Assembly: GCA_964430785.1 (NCBI GenBank)
Contig: CAYSFJ010000001.1
Span: 4,029 to 68,028 of the forward strand
DNA from: an uncultured Mycoplasma sp.
GTDB lineage: Bacteria > Bacillota_I > Bacilli_A > RF39 > UBA660
Reading direction: 5' to 3'
Length of the DNA: 64,000 nt
Under the pieces are notes generated by a model. It searched no databases and was not told where the DNA came from. It saw nothing but the letters and a program-made list of their open reading frames with translations. Positions 38,493 through 49,258 of this stretch are shown here, piece by piece (the stretch's first letter is position 1; each line of letters opens with the position of its first letter). The position numbers were made by a program, and so were the translations under genes.

Positions 38493-39228
38493 TATTAAAA
38501 GTCAAAGAGAAATTAATCTTATGAAAGAAAGTGGTCATATCAACTTTCTTGCTCATGAGGAAATTAAGAAACATATTAAAGTTGGCGTATCACTAAATGA
38601 ATTAAATGACATTGTTGATGCATTTATTCGTAAAAATAATGCAATACCTTCAGAACTAAATTTTGAGGGTTTTCCTAAAAGTGTTTGTTTATCCTTAAAC
38701 GATGAAGTAGTTCATGGTATTCCAGATAATCGAAAACTTAAAAATGGAGATATATTAAAAGTTGATTTAACTGTAAGATATAAAGGTTATGAAAGTGATA
38801 GTGCAAGAACTTATATTATTGGAAATGTTTCTGATGATGTAAGAGGTTTAGTTGAAAATACTAAAAATGCTTTATATGAAGGATTAAGTGTAGTAAAAGC
38901 AGGTAATCCATTATCATTAATTGGTAAAACTATTGAAAATTATGCTCATAAAAATGGACTTTCAGTAGTTGAAGAATTAGTAGGTCATGGTATTGGAACT
39001 TCAATGCATGAAGATCCTGATGTCCCAAATTTTTATACAAAAACAAATGTTATTTTAAAAGAAGGCATGACAATTTGTATTGAACCAATGCTTAATTTAG
39101 GTAAAAAAAATGTTTACTTAGATGATAATAATTGGACAGTAAAAACAAAGGATGGATTACCTAGTGCTCATTTTGAACACACAATTGTAGTTACTAAAAA
39201 CGGATATGAAATTTTAACGGGAGAGTGA
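38485..39228 (+). CDS. map: methionine aminopeptidase type I
   Basis: metal ligands D..D..H..E..E pattern (..[12 protein letters not shown]..), operon position. Confidence 0.9.
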   Translation: MINIKSQREINLMKESGHINFLAHEEIKKHIKVGVSLNELNDIVDAFIRKNNAIPSELNFEGFPKSVCLSLNDEVVHGIPDNRKLKNGDILKVDLTVRYKGYESDSARTYIIGNVSDDVRGLVENTKNALYEGLSVVKAGNPLSLIGKTIENYAHKNGLSVVEELVGHGIGTSMHEDPDVPNFYTKTNVILKEGMTICIEPMLNLGKKNVYLDDNNWTVKTKDGLPSAHFEHTIVVTKNGYEILTGE

Positions 39229-39238
39229 GAAAAATAAT

Positions 39239-39463
39239 ATGGCTAATAAAAAAAATGATAAAATAGAAGTGGAAGGGAAAGTTATTGAAGTTCTAAAAGG
39301 TAGTGACTATTTAGTTGAACTATCAAATGGACATACTGTAAAAGCCTACGTTTCTGGTAAAATGCGCATTAATATGATTCGTATTTTACCGGGTGATACC
39401 GTTACAGTAGAACTTTCACCTTATGATTTAACACGTGGGATAATTACATGGAATAAAAGATAG
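39239..39463 (+). CDS. infA: translation initiation factor IF-1
   Basis: ..[52 protein letters not shown].. S1-like IF-1. Confidence 0.9.
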   Translation: MANKKNDKIEVEGKVIEVLKGSDYLVELSNGHTVKAYVSGKMRINMIRILPGDTVTVELSPYDLTRGIITWNKR

Positions 39464-39472
39464 GAGGAAAAT

Positions 39473-39586
39473 ATGAAAGTTAGACCATCTGTAAAAAAGA
39501 TATGTAAAAAATGTAAAATTATAAGAAGAAAAGGAAAAGTTATGGTTATTTGTAATAACCCTAAACATAAACAAGTTCAAGGATAG
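39473..39586 (+). CDS. rpmJ: 50S ribosomal protein L36 (37 aa; below ORF-track cutoff)
   Basis: Hand-translated [37 protein letters not shown]; AGGAGG RBS; canonical infA-rpmJ-rpsM order. Confidence 0.85.
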   Translation: MKVRPSVKKICKKCKIIRRKGKVMVICNNPKHKQVQG

Positions 39587-39594
39587 GAGAAATT

Positions 39595-39969
39595 ATGGCA
39601 AGAATTAAAAATATTGAATTACCTAATGAAAAACATACTTGGATAGGACTTACTGCAATTTATGGTATTGGTCCAAATTTAGGTAAAACTATTTGTAAAG
39701 ATGCAAACGTTGAAGAAACAAAAAAAATTAAAGATTTAACAGAAGAAGAAATTGCAGCACTTCGTAAAGAAGTAGATAAATATACAACTGAAGGTGATCT
39801 TCGTAGAGAAGTTCAAATGAGTATAAAAAATAAAATGGAAATAAATTCTTATCAAGGTATAAGACATAAAAAAGGACTTCCTGTAAGAGGTCAAAGAACA
39901 AATCGCAACGCTCATACTAGAAAAGGTAGAGGTAAGGTAGTTGCTAATAAGAAAAAGGTTTCAAAGTAG
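39595..39969 (+). CDS. rpsM: 30S ribosomal protein S13
   Basis: MARIKNIELPNEKHTWIGLTAIYGIG.. S13. Confidence 0.95.
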   Translation: MARIKNIELPNEKHTWIGLTAIYGIGPNLGKTICKDANVEETKKIKDLTEEEIAALRKEVDKYTTEGDLRREVQMSIKNKMEINSYQGIRHKKGLPVRGQRTNRNAHTRKGRGKVVANKKKVSK

Positions 39970-39979
39970 GTGAGATAAT

Positions 39980-40363
39980 ATGGCATATAATAGAAGAAAA
40001 AAGAAAAATAAAATTAATGTTACTGAAGCAGAAGCACATATTCATGCAACATATAATAATACAATCGTAACAATTTGTGACCATAATGGTAATGCAATAA
40101 GTTGGTCCTCTGCTGGAAGAATTGGTTATAAAGGTAGTAAAAAGAAAACTCCTTTTGCTGCTGGACTTTCTGCTGAAGCTGCTGCAAATGCTGCTAAAGA
40201 TCAAGGCGTTGTAAAAGTTGATGTTTTTGTTAAGGGTTTAGGACCGGGTAGAGAAAATGCTATTCGTAGTATTCAATCTGCAGGACTTGAAATTACTAGT
40301 ATAACAGATGAAACACCAGTTCCACATAATGGTTGTAGACCACCAAAAAGACCAAGAAATTAA
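39980..40363 (+). CDS. rpsK: 30S ribosomal protein S11
   Basis: ..[28 protein letters not shown].. S11. Confidence 0.95.
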   Translation: MAYNRRKKKNKINVTEAEAHIHATYNNTIVTICDHNGNAISWSSAGRIGYKGSKKKTPFAAGLSAEAAANAAKDQGVVKVDVFVKGLGPGRENAIRSIQSAGLEITSITDETPVPHNGCRPPKRPRN

Positions 40364-40380
40364 TAAAAGGGAGGTTAATT

Positions 40381-41325
40381 ATGATAAAATTTGAAAAACC
40401 AGAATACAAAATTTCAGAATATAATGAAACTAGTAATTATGGTAAATTTGAACTAGAACCACTTGAAAGAGGTTTTGGTACAACTATTGGAAATGCTTTA
40501 AGAAGAGTATTACTATCTAGTTTACCTGGAAGTAGTGTTACATCAATTAAAATTGATGGTGTAATGCATGAATTTCAAAAAATAGATGGTGTAGTCGAGG
40601 ATGTTACTCAAATAGTATTAAATATAAAAAAATTAGTTGTTAAGAATCATACTGAAGATGAAAAAGTACTTCATTTATCTTGTGATACTGAAGGTGCAGT
40701 TACAGCCGGTATGATTGAACAAAATTCTGATGTTGAGATAATTAATCCAGATTTAGTTATTTGTAATCTTGTAAAAGGTGGAAAAATTGATATAGAACTT
40801 ACTATTCAAAATGGTAGAGGATATGTTGATGCAAAAACAAATAAATTAAATATGCAAGAAATTAAAGTTGGTGTTATTCCAGTAGACTCAAATTATTCAC
40901 CAATTGAACTTGTTAAATATGAAGTATTAGATACAAGAGTTGGTCAAGATGAATCTTATGATAAACTTGTTATGGAAATTACAACAAATGGTAGTATGTC
41001 TCCAGAAGAGGCAATGGCATTATCTGCAAAAATTTTAGTAGAACATTTTGCTATTGTTGCTGATTTAAATAGTATTAGTAATATTGCTGGTATTATGCAA
41101 GAAAAACAAGTTGATAATTTAACTAAAACATTAGAAACACCTATTGAAGAAGTAGATTTCTCTGTAAGAGCATTTAATTGCTTAAAAAGACATGGAATTC
41201 ATACTCTTCAAGATTTGGTTAATATGAAGGAAGTAGAAGTTACTAAAATTAGAAACTTAGGAAAGAAATCTTTAAAAGAGGTAATTGACAAGGTTGCTGA
41301 TTTAGGACTACAATTTAAGGAGTAA
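40381..41325 (+). CDS. rpoA: DNA-directed RNA polymerase subunit alpha
   Basis: ..PLERGFGTTIGNALRRVLLSSLPG.. N-terminal domain, C-terminal alpha-CTD. Confidence 0.95.
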   Translation: MIKFEKPEYKISEYNETSNYGKFELEPLERGFGTTIGNALRRVLLSSLPGSSVTSIKIDGVMHEFQKIDGVVEDVTQIVLNIKKLVVKNHTEDEKVLHLSCDTEGAVTAGMIEQNSDVEIINPDLVICNLVKGGKIDIELTIQNGRGYVDAKTNKLNMQEIKVGVIPVDSNYSPIELVKYEVLDTRVGQDESYDKLVMEITTNGSMSPEEAMALSAKILVEHFAIVADLNSISNIAGIMQEKQVDNLTKTLETPIEEVDFSVRAFNCLKRHGIHTLQDLVNMKEVEVTKIRNLGKKSLKEVIDKVADLGLQFKE

Positions 41326-41328
41326 AAT

Positions 41329-41667
41329 ATGTATCGTAAATTAGGAAGAAATAATAAAATTAGAAGAAGTATTTTAGCTGGGCTTACAAAAGATGTTATT
41401 ATGCATGAAAGTATTGTTACAACTGAATCTCGTGCTAAAGAAGTTAGAAAATTTGTTGATAAAATGATAACTTATGGAAAAGATGGTTCTCTTGTTGCAA
41501 GAAGAAAAGCTTTAGCATTTTTACATAATGATAATGCAGTTGTTCAAAAAGTATTTAATGATTTAGCAAAAAGATATGAAAATCGTGCTGGTGGATATAC
41601 TAGAATTATTAAATTAAATGAACGTCGTGGCGATGATGCTTTAGAGGTAAAATTAGAATTAGTATAG
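41329..41667 (+). CDS. rplQ: 50S ribosomal protein L17
   Basis: [16 protein letters not shown].. L17. Confidence 0.9.
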   Translation: MYRKLGRNNKIRRSILAGLTKDVIMHESIVTTESRAKEVRKFVDKMITYGKDGSLVARRKALAFLHNDNAVVQKVFNDLAKRYENRAGGYTRIIKLNERRGDDALEVKLELV

Positions 41668-41688
41668 TTTGTGCTATACTTTTTTTAT
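41662..41688 (+). terminator. intrinsic terminator ending the alpha operon
   Basis: GTATAG-TTTGTG-CTATAC hairpin overlapping rplQ stop, then TTTTTTT. Confidence 0.5.
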
Positions 41689-41767
41689 TTCAAAAAAATT
41701 TTTATTTTTTATTTAATATTTATTTATAATATGTTAAAATATATAGTAGCAGTTAGGAAGTGTTAAT

Positions 41768-42553
41768 ATGGCAAGAGTAATATCATTGGTTAATCAAAAA
41801 GGTGGTGTAGGTAAGACCACAACTAGTATAAATTTGGCAGCTGCTATAGGACAATGTGGGAAGAAAACCCTTCTTATTGACATGGATCCACAAAGTAATG
41901 CAACAACTGGACTTGGTTTTAATACAACAGATTTTGAACATGATATTTATGAAACTATAACTGGTTTATGTGATATTAAAGACGCTGTGTATAAAACTAA
42001 ATTTAAAAATTTAAGCATCATTCCATCTACTTTAAATTTAGCGGGAATTGATGTTGAATTTATAAAAAATATGTTTGCAGATAATACATTTCAAAGAAAT
42101 AATCAATTAAGGGATAAGTTGGAACCTATAAAAGGAAATTTTGATTATATTATTATCGATTGTCAACCTTCTTTAGGACTTTCAACAATGAATGCTCTTG
42201 TTGCAAGTGATGCGGTGATTATTCCAGTACAATGTGAATTTTATGCTTTAGTAGGTATTACACAATTATTAAATTCAATAATAATGGTACAAAATTCAAT
42301 GAATCCTGAACTTCGTATTGAAGGTGTACTTCTTACTATGTTTGATGGTAGAACTAATATGGGACTTGAAGTAATCGAAGAAATTAGAAAGTGTTTTAAA
42401 GATAAAGTATTTAATACAATTATTCCAAAGCTTGTGAGATTAGTTGAGGCTCCAAGTCATGGAAAACCAATAAATGAATATGATCCAGAAAGTCGTGGTG
42501 CTGAAGCATATCATAATTTAGCGAAAGAGGTGATTGAAAGAGATGGAATCTAA
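41768..42553 (+). CDS. parA: chromosome partitioning ATPase ParA/Soj
   Basis: Deviant Walker A NQKGGVGKTTTSINLA, ..LIDMDPQSNAT..; followed by parB. Confidence 0.85.
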   Translation: MARVISLVNQKGGVGKTTTSINLAAAIGQCGKKTLLIDMDPQSNATTGLGFNTTDFEHDIYETITGLCDIKDAVYKTKFKNLSIIPSTLNLAGIDVEFIKNMFADNTFQRNNQLRDKLEPIKGNFDYIIIDCQPSLGLSTMNALVASDAVIIPVQCEFYALVGITQLLNSIIMVQNSMNPELRIEGVLLTMFDGRTNMGLEVIEEIRKCFKDKVFNTIIPKLVRLVEAPSHGKPINEYDPESRGAEAYHNLAKEVIERDGI

Positions 42554-43409
42554 GAAAAAAGCTTTAGGTAAAGGATTAGAAGAACTATTTTCTAATTCAT
42601 CATTTAATATTGATACTTTAGAAGATACAATTGTTAATGAAGAAGGTAGTAACGCAACAGAAATTGAATTATCACAAATTAGACCTAACCCTTATCAACC
42701 AAGAAAAGTATTGGATGAACAGGCTTTAAATGAACTTGCTGATTCAATAAAAGAATATGGTGTTGTTGAACCTGTAATATTAAAAAAGAGCGTTAAGGGT
42801 TATGAGATTGTTGCTGGCGAAAGAAGATGTAAAGCTTCAAAGATTGCTGGTTTAACAACAATACCTGCAATAATAAAAGATTTTAGTGATGAACAAATGA
42901 TGGAAATTGCTTTACTTGAAAATATTCAAAGAGAAGATTTAAATCCAGTAGATACTGCAATTTCTATATCAAATATTTTACAAGTTAAAGATATGACACA
43001 AGAAGAATTTTCTAAAAAATTTGGCAAAAGCAGAAGTTATATAACTAATTTATTAGGACTTTTAAATTTGCCAAAAAGTGTTCAGGAACTTGTTAAAAAT
43101 GGCAAACTTTCCATGTCACATGCTAGATGTTTAAGTAAAATAGATGATGAACAAAAAGTTATTAATTTAGCAAATAAAATAATTAAAGAAAATTTAAATG
43201 TACGTGATGTTGAAAAGTTGTTATCAAAAAAAGATGATAAAAAATCTGTAAAAGTTGCAAGCGAAAAATTTAGAATGTATGAAGATGCATTTAGTGATAC
43301 AATTGGTAATAAAGTTAGAATTTCTAATAAAAAAATTGAAATTTCATATAATTCTTTACAAGATTTAAATAGAATAATGGAGATTTTAAATATAAATTTT
43401 AAAGACTAG
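42543..43409 (+). CDS. parB: chromosome partitioning protein ParB/Spo0J
   Basis: ParB box GERRCKASKIAGLTTIPAII and ..ALLENIQREDLNP.., HTH; overlaps parA by ATGA-type coupling. Confidence 0.8.
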   Translation: MESKKKALGKGLEELFSNSSFNIDTLEDTIVNEEGSNATEIELSQIRPNPYQPRKVLDEQALNELADSIKEYGVVEPVILKKSVKGYEIVAGERRCKASKIAGLTTIPAIIKDFSDEQMMEIALLENIQREDLNPVDTAISISNILQVKDMTQEEFSKKFGKSRSYITNLLGLLNLPKSVQELVKNGKLSMSHARCLSKIDDEQKVINLANKIIKENLNVRDVEKLLSKKDDKKSVKVASEKFRMYEDAFSDTIGNKVRISNKKIEISYNSLQDLNRIMEILNINFKD

Positions 43410-43420
43410 AAAGGAAATTT

Positions 43421-43624
43421 ATGAAACAAGAATTTAGTTTAAATGATGAAGTTATAATGAAAAAACCTCATGCATGTAAAACAAATTTGTGGGTTGTGAC
43501 TAGAGTTGGTACTGATGTAAAAATTAAGTGTAAAAATTGTGGACGAGAAATAATGCTTGATCGTCTTGATTTTTATAAAAAATTAAAAAAGGTGATTAAA
43601 AATGAAATTAAAGAGGAAGATTAA
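43421..43624 (+). CDS. DUF951-like small zinc-ribbon protein
   Basis: 67 aa, C..C....C..C (CKTN..CKNCGRE); this family is commonly found next to parB in Firmicutes. Confidence 0.45.
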   Translation: MKQEFSLNDEVIMKKPHACKTNLWVVTRVGTDVKIKCKNCGREIMLDRLDFYKKLKKVIKNEIKEED

Positions 43625-45146
43625 AACTAAAGTTAAATTACATCCTGTTATGAGTATACTTATAATAATATTTGGTGTAATAGTTTTAAGTTTGCTTTTA
43701 TCTATATTTAATTTTTCTTTTTCTTATACTTCAATTAATTCTTCAAGGGGAGAATATATTACAACAACTGAATCTATAATTAATATGTTTTCCTTACATG
43801 GTATTAAATATATTTTTGCTAATACTGTTGCAAATTTTGCAAACTACAAAGTTTTATCAAATTTAATTATAACGCTTATTGGAATTGGTGTTATGGAGAA
43901 AAGTGGTTTTTTGCAAACTGCTCTAGGACTTCTTACAAGAAAGGCAAAAAAAAGAACAATAACTTTTGTTATTATATTAATATGTTTATTATCTAGTATT
44001 ATGGGAGATATTCCATTTCTTGCAATAATTCCAATATCAGGTTTAATATTTAAATATGGTAAGCGAAATCCTAATATTGGTGTAATATCATCATATGCAG
44101 CTTTAACTTGTGGATATGGTTTATCTATATTTTTTACGAGTATTGATTCTTCACTTGCAAATTTAACTACTGTTAGTGCTAAAATGCTTGATAATGATTT
44201 TACATTTAATACATTTTCATTAATATTATTTATGACTGTTTCTATTTTGTTATTATCACTTGTTTTAACTTATATTACTGAAAATATTGTAGCAAAAAAA
44301 TTGCCTAAATATGAATTTATTGAAGATTTAGAGGGTGAATTTAAACCATCAAAGATTGAACTTAAAGGTTTAATTATTTCGATTTTTGCAAGTATCATAT
44401 ACTTGATTATAATTATTTATAATATTATACCAGGTCTTCCATTATCAGGAAATTTTCTTAATTATCGTGAAAGTTTGTACATTGATAAATTATTTGGTAG
44501 TAATTCTTTTTTCTCAAATGGTTTTGTGTTTATTATAACAATTTTATTTATTATTTTGGGATTAGTTTATGGTATAGTTGCAAAGAAAATCAAAAATTCT
44601 AGAGATTTTGTTGATGCACTTGGTTATAGTTTAAATGGTATTGGTAAAACTTTAGTGTATATTTTTGTGGGATCTACATTAATAAGCATTTTTAAATATT
44701 CAAACATTGGTAATGTTGTTGTAGCGGGACTTACAAACCTTATTGTTTCGTCTAATTTTAAAGGCTTAGCATTAGTTTTATTACTATTCTTATGTTCAAT
44801 TATTGCTACATTTTTTGTTCCAGGCAGCACTAATAAATGGACTATTATGTCTTCATCTGTTGTACCTACATTTTTAAATGCTGGTATTTCTTCAGAATTT
44901 ACTCAACTTGTATTTAGACTTGGTGAATCAGTAAGTATTGGTATTACTCCTATATTTGCTTATTATATTATATATCTTGCTTATCTTGAAAGAGGTTCTC
45001 AAGGCAAAAATGAATTAAGTTTACTTGATTCGTTTAAAATTATGATTCCATATTGCACGTTAACGGCATGTACTTTTGTTGCGTTAATTGTATTTTGGTA
45101 TCTTATTAATATACCATTAGGTATTAATGGATTTGTATTTATTTAG
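43602..45146 (+). CDS. AbgT-family (p-aminobenzoyl-glutamate transporter-like) membrane transporter
   Basis: 514 aa, ~12 TM; N-terminal KVKLHPVMSILIIIFG resembles AbgT ..LPHPF.. entry motif; family assignment tentative. Confidence 0.45.
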   Translation: MKLKRKIKTKVKLHPVMSILIIIFGVIVLSLLLSIFNFSFSYTSINSSRGEYITTTESIINMFSLHGIKYIFANTVANFANYKVLSNLIITLIGIGVMEKSGFLQTALGLLTRKAKKRTITFVIILICLLSSIMGDIPFLAIIPISGLIFKYGKRNPNIGVISSYAALTCGYGLSIFFTSIDSSLANLTTVSAKMLDNDFTFNTFSLILFMTVSILLLSLVLTYITENIVAKKLPKYEFIEDLEGEFKPSKIELKGLIISIFASIIYLIIIIYNIIPGLPLSGNFLNYRESLYIDKLFGSNSFFSNGFVFIITILFIILGLVYGIVAKKIKNSRDFVDALGYSLNGIGKTLVYIFVGSTLISIFKYSNIGNVVVAGLTNLIVSSNFKGLALVLLLFLCSIIATFFVPGSTNKWTIMSSSVVPTFLNAGISSEFTQLVFRLGESVSIGITPIFAYYIIYLAYLERGSQGKNELSLLDSFKIMIPYCTLTACTFVALIVFWYLINIPLGINGFVFI

Positions 45147-45160
45147 AATGGGGGATTTAT

Positions 45161-46261
45161 ATGTCATTAAAAGCCGGAATTGTTGGACTTCCAAATGTTG
45201 GGAAGTCAACTTTATTTAATGCTATAACAAAAAAAAGTATTGTTGCAGCTAATTATCCTTTTGCTACGATTGAACCAAATGTAGGTATAGTTACCGTTCC
45301 AGATAAACGAATAGATTTTCTTGTTAATTTGTATGAACCTAAAAGTATAGTACCAACAAGTTATGAATTTATTGATATTGCTGGTCTTGTTCATGGTGCC
45401 TCTAATGGGGAGGGACTTGGAAATAAGTTTTTGGCTCATATTCGAGAAGTTGATGCAATTGTTCACGTTGTGAGATGTTTTGATAATCCGGAAATAATAC
45501 ATGTTTCTGGAAAAGTAGATCCAATTTCTGACATAGAGATTGTTAATACTGAGTTAATATTATCAGATTTGGAAATTGTTCAAAATAGACTTGATAAAAT
45601 TGAGAAAAAGGCACAATCTACAAAAGATAAAACTATTATATTTGAAGTAAATCTTTTAAATAAAATTAAAGATGCTTTACAGAAAAATATTTTGGTTAAA
45701 AATCTTGATTTTAATGAAGATGAACTTAATGTATTAAATGGTTTTAATTTAATAACTCAAAAAAAAGTTATTTATGCAGCAAATGTAATTGAAGAAGATG
45801 TTTTAAATGGTGATAATAAGTATACTAAGTTAGTTAAAGAATATGCTGAAAAAGAGGGCTCTAGTGTTATAGTTATGTGTGCTAAAATGGAGGAGGAGTT
45901 ATCTTCTCTTTCAGATGATGAAAAGAGTGAATATTTAAATGAACTAGGTATACTTAATAGTGGGCTTGATAAACTTATATTTGCAACATATGATTTGCTA
46001 GGTCTTGCAACATTCTTTACTTGTGGAAAAGATGAGGTAAGAGCATGGACTTTTAAAAAAGGAATGCTTGCACCAAAATGTGCTGGAATTATTCACTCAG
46101 ACTTTGAAAGTGGTTTTATTAAAGCTGAAGTTATGAGTTATGAAGATTTAGAAGTTTTTGGTAGTGAAATCAAAGTAAAAGAAGCTGGTCGTCTTAGACT
46201 TGAGGGAAAAGAATATATAATGCAAGATGGTGACATATGTTACTTTAGGTTTAATGTATAA
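45161..46261 (+). CDS. ychF: ribosome-binding ATPase YchF (Obg-like ATPase)
   Basis: GIVGLPNVGKSTLFNA G1 motif, DIAGLV G3, C-terminal TGS domain. Confidence 0.9.
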   Translation: MSLKAGIVGLPNVGKSTLFNAITKKSIVAANYPFATIEPNVGIVTVPDKRIDFLVNLYEPKSIVPTSYEFIDIAGLVHGASNGEGLGNKFLAHIREVDAIVHVVRCFDNPEIIHVSGKVDPISDIEIVNTELILSDLEIVQNRLDKIEKKAQSTKDKTIIFEVNLLNKIKDALQKNILVKNLDFNEDELNVLNGFNLITQKKVIYAANVIEEDVLNGDNKYTKLVKEYAEKEGSSVIVMCAKMEEELSSLSDDEKSEYLNELGILNSGLDKLIFATYDLLGLATFFTCGKDEVRAWTFKKGMLAPKCAGIIHSDFESGFIKAEVMSYEDLEVFGSEIKVKEAGRLRLEGKEYIMQDGDICYFRFNV

Positions 46262-47379
46262 TGTGTAAGGTTTTTATAACTAAGTGCAATGACTATGAAC
46301 ATTCTGAGAAAGCACTTTTAAGTTTATTAGATAACTTTAAATGTTTAAATAAAATTAATTCTAAAACAAAAGTATTAATAAAAGCAAATTTAATTTCTGC
46401 TTTACCACCAGAAAAAAGTGCTACGACTAATTATTTACTTTTATCATTTTTAGTGAAATATTTAAAAAATAAAGGTGCACAGGTTACAATTGGGGATAGT
46501 CCAAGTGGACAATTTAATAAATCTCATTTAGAAAATATTTATAAAGTAACAAAAATGGATAAAACAGGTGCAAATTTGAACTACAATTTCAGTAGTAAAA
46601 AAGGTAGTAATAGTAAAGCACTTTTTCTTAAAGAATTTGATTATACTGGTTATATTGATGATTATGATTTTAAAATTAATTTTTGTAAATTAAAAACTCA
46701 TGCTATGATGAAAATGAGTGCATCAGTAAAAAATTTATTTGGAACTATACCTGGTCTAACTAAAACAGAATATCATTATAGATTTCCTAAACACGATGAT
46801 TTTGCAAATATGTTAATTGATATAAATGAATATTTTAAATTTGATTTAAATATTGTTGATGCAGTTATAGGTATGGATGGTAATGGACCTACGATGGGAA
46901 ATCCTAAAAAAATCGGGACTATAATTGCAAGTACTAACCCTTATGCACTTGATTATATTTGTGCAAAAGTAATTAATTTAAATCCTTTGGTAGTTAACAC
47001 AATATTTCAAAGTGAAAAAAGGGGATTATTTAATCATAGTGATATAGTTTTAAATGATGATATTAATAAATTTATAACATATGATTTTAAACTTTTAAAT
47101 AATGCTAGTGATATAAAATTTTATAGTAATAGTTTTCTTGGAATTTTAATAAAAAAAATTTTTGATAATAAACCTTTTTGCAATAAGAAAAAATGTATAA
47201 AATGTCAAAAATGTAAAAATATTTGTCCAAAGAAGGCAATAACTATAAAAAAAGGTTATCCTGTTATTAATCGTGAAAAATGTATTAAATGTTATTGTTG
47301 TCAAGAAATGTGTCCAGTTGGTGCAATGAGAGTAAAAGTAAATATGATAAATAAAATAATTAATAGGAGGTTTAAATGA
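46261..47379 (+). CDS. DUF362-domain protein with C-terminal 2x[4Fe-4S] ferredoxin domain
   Basis: Two CxxCxxCxxxCP motifs (CIKCQKCKNICP, CIKCYCCQEMCP) at C-terminus; N-terminal DUF362-like region. Confidence 0.5.
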   Translation: MCKVFITKCNDYEHSEKALLSLLDNFKCLNKINSKTKVLIKANLISALPPEKSATTNYLLLSFLVKYLKNKGAQVTIGDSPSGQFNKSHLENIYKVTKMDKTGANLNYNFSSKKGSNSKALFLKEFDYTGYIDDYDFKINFCKLKTHAMMKMSASVKNLFGTIPGLTKTEYHYRFPKHDDFANMLIDINEYFKFDLNIVDAVIGMDGNGPTMGNPKKIGTIIASTNPYALDYICAKVINLNPLVVNTIFQSEKRGLFNHSDIVLNDDINKFITYDFKLLNNASDIKFYSNSFLGILIKKIFDNKPFCNKKKCIKCQKCKNICPKKAITIKKGYPVINREKCIKCYCCQEMCPVGAMRVKVNMINKIINRRFK

Positions 47380-48329
47380 AAAAAATAGTAATTTTTGGTG
47401 GAGGAAGTGGTCTTTCTCAACTTTTAAAAGGACTAAAATTATTTCCACTTGATATAACAGCAGTAGTTTCTGTATCTGATAATGGAAAAAGTACTGGTAG
47501 ATTACGTAAAGAAATGAATATTCCAGCAGTTGGAGATATTACAAAAGTTATGCTTTCAATGGCAAATATTGATAGTGATGTAGAAAACCTTTTAAATTAT
47601 AGATTTACAAAATCTAAAACTCTAGGTAATCATTCAATAAAAAATTTACTATTAACGGCACTTCTTGATTTAAAAGGAGATTTTGCAAGTAGTCTTCCTA
47701 TATTGGAAAAAATGCTTGATATTACTAATGGAAAAATATTACCATTAACCGAAGATTCTGTTAATTTAGTTGGAATAACAAGTAATGGTAAAAAGGTTTT
47801 TGGTGAGGAACAAATTACTAAATCAAAAGAAAAAGTTGTAAAAATTATTTATGATAAAGATATTATTGTAAATCCAAGAGTATATGAAGCTGTAGAAAAT
47901 GCTGATTTGATTGTTTTTTCTTCTGGAAGTTTATATACTAGTATAATTCCACATCTTATCAACAAAGATTTAGTAAAATCTATTAATGAAGCAAATGCAA
48001 AAAAAATGTATATTTGTAATTTATTTACTCAACCTGGTGAAACAGATGGATTTAAAGTATCTGACCATATAAAAGTATTGGAAAGTTATTTAGGTAAGGG
48101 TAATATAAATTTAGTACTTGCTAATAATAAACCTATGAGTAGTACACTTTCAAAAAAATATTCGTCAAGTGAGCAAAAAGATCCAGTTATTTTAGATGAG
48201 AATACATTAGAAAAAATGAATGTACAAATTATTAAGGATGTATTATATGTTATTGAAAATGGTTATTACCGACATGATTCATTAAAAACAGCTTATCTAA
48301 TATTCTCATATTTAATGGATGGTAAATAA
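47376..48329 (+). CDS. yvcK: gluconeogenesis factor YvcK (UPF0052/CofD-like)
   Basis: IVIFGGGSGLSQLLKGLK..VVSVSDNGKSTGRLR signature of YvcK family; followed by whiA. Confidence 0.75.
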   Translation: MKKIVIFGGGSGLSQLLKGLKLFPLDITAVVSVSDNGKSTGRLRKEMNIPAVGDITKVMLSMANIDSDVENLLNYRFTKSKTLGNHSIKNLLLTALLDLKGDFASSLPILEKMLDITNGKILPLTEDSVNLVGITSNGKKVFGEEQITKSKEKVVKIIYDKDIIVNPRVYEAVENADLIVFSSGSLYTSIIPHLINKDLVKSINEANAKKMYICNLFTQPGETDGFKVSDHIKVLESYLGKGNINLVLANNKPMSSTLSKKYSSSEQKDPVILDENTLEKMNVQIIKDVLYVIENGYYRHDSLKTAYLIFSYLMDGK

Positions 48330-49258
48330 TGACTTTTAATACTAGTTTAAAAGATGAAATTTCTAAAAATGAGTATTCAAGTGTTGATGCTTGTAGTGAA
48401 CTTGCTTCTTTTGTAAGATGTAATTCAAAAATAACTTCAAAGCAAATTACAATTACATTAGAAAATGCCTCAGTTGCTAGAAAAATATTTAAAGATATTA
48501 AAATAGTATTTAATATACCTGTTAATATAACAGTTAGAAATCAAAAAAGATTTAGGGTTAAACAAATATATATTTTAACTATTACTGATAATATAGAATA
48601 TATAAAAAAAGTACTTAATATTAATGACAAAGTAATTTTAGAAAGTGATGAAGAAAAGATTGCTTTTTTAGAGGGTGCATTTTTAGCAATTGGTAATATT
48701 ACAAATCCTCAGACAAGTAGATATCATTTAGAATATATATGTAAAAACGAAAAACTTGCTAAAGAAATTAATAATCTTTTAAAGTATTTTAAAATAAATT
48801 CTAAGATTATAAAAAGGGGTTATAAATATGTTGTTTATGTTAAAAATGGTGATAATATTTCCGATATGTTAAAAATGTTTAAAGCTAGTGAAAGTTTATT
48901 TTTCTTCGAAGATATAAGAATATATCGTGATCATAAAAATATGGTTAATAGATTAAATAATTGTGAACTTTCAAATCAAACTAAAACAATTCAAACTGGT
49001 ATTAAACAGTTAAATGAAATTAATTATATAATAGACAATGATTTACTAAGTCTTTTAGATGATAATACAAAAACAATTTGTGAAATACGTAAAAAATATC
49101 CAGAAAGTTCCTTATCAGAAATTGCTCAAATTGCAAATATTGAGTATGGATATAATATTGGAAAATCTGGTGTTAACCATCATTTTATAAAGATAGCTAA
49201 TCTTGTAAAAAGACATAAGGATAGTGTGGTAAATAATGAGAAAAAAAATAATATTTAG
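48329..49258 (+). CDS. whiA: sporulation/cell-division transcription factor WhiA
   Basis: ~310 aa, position after yvcK, LAGLIDADG-like core and C-terminal HTH (..SLSEIAQIANI..) typical of WhiA. Confidence 0.75.
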   Translation: MTFNTSLKDEISKNEYSSVDACSELASFVRCNSKITSKQITITLENASVARKIFKDIKIVFNIPVNITVRNQKRFRVKQIYILTITDNIEYIKKVLNINDKVILESDEEKIAFLEGAFLAIGNITNPQTSRYHLEYICKNEKLAKEINNLLKYFKINSKIIKRGYKYVVYVKNGDNISDMLKMFKASESLFFFEDIRIYRDHKNMVNRLNNCELSNQTKTIQTGIKQLNEINYIIDNDLLSLLDDNTKTICEIRKKYPESSLSEIAQIANIEYGYNIGKSGVNHHFIKIANLVKRHKDSVVNNEKKNNI

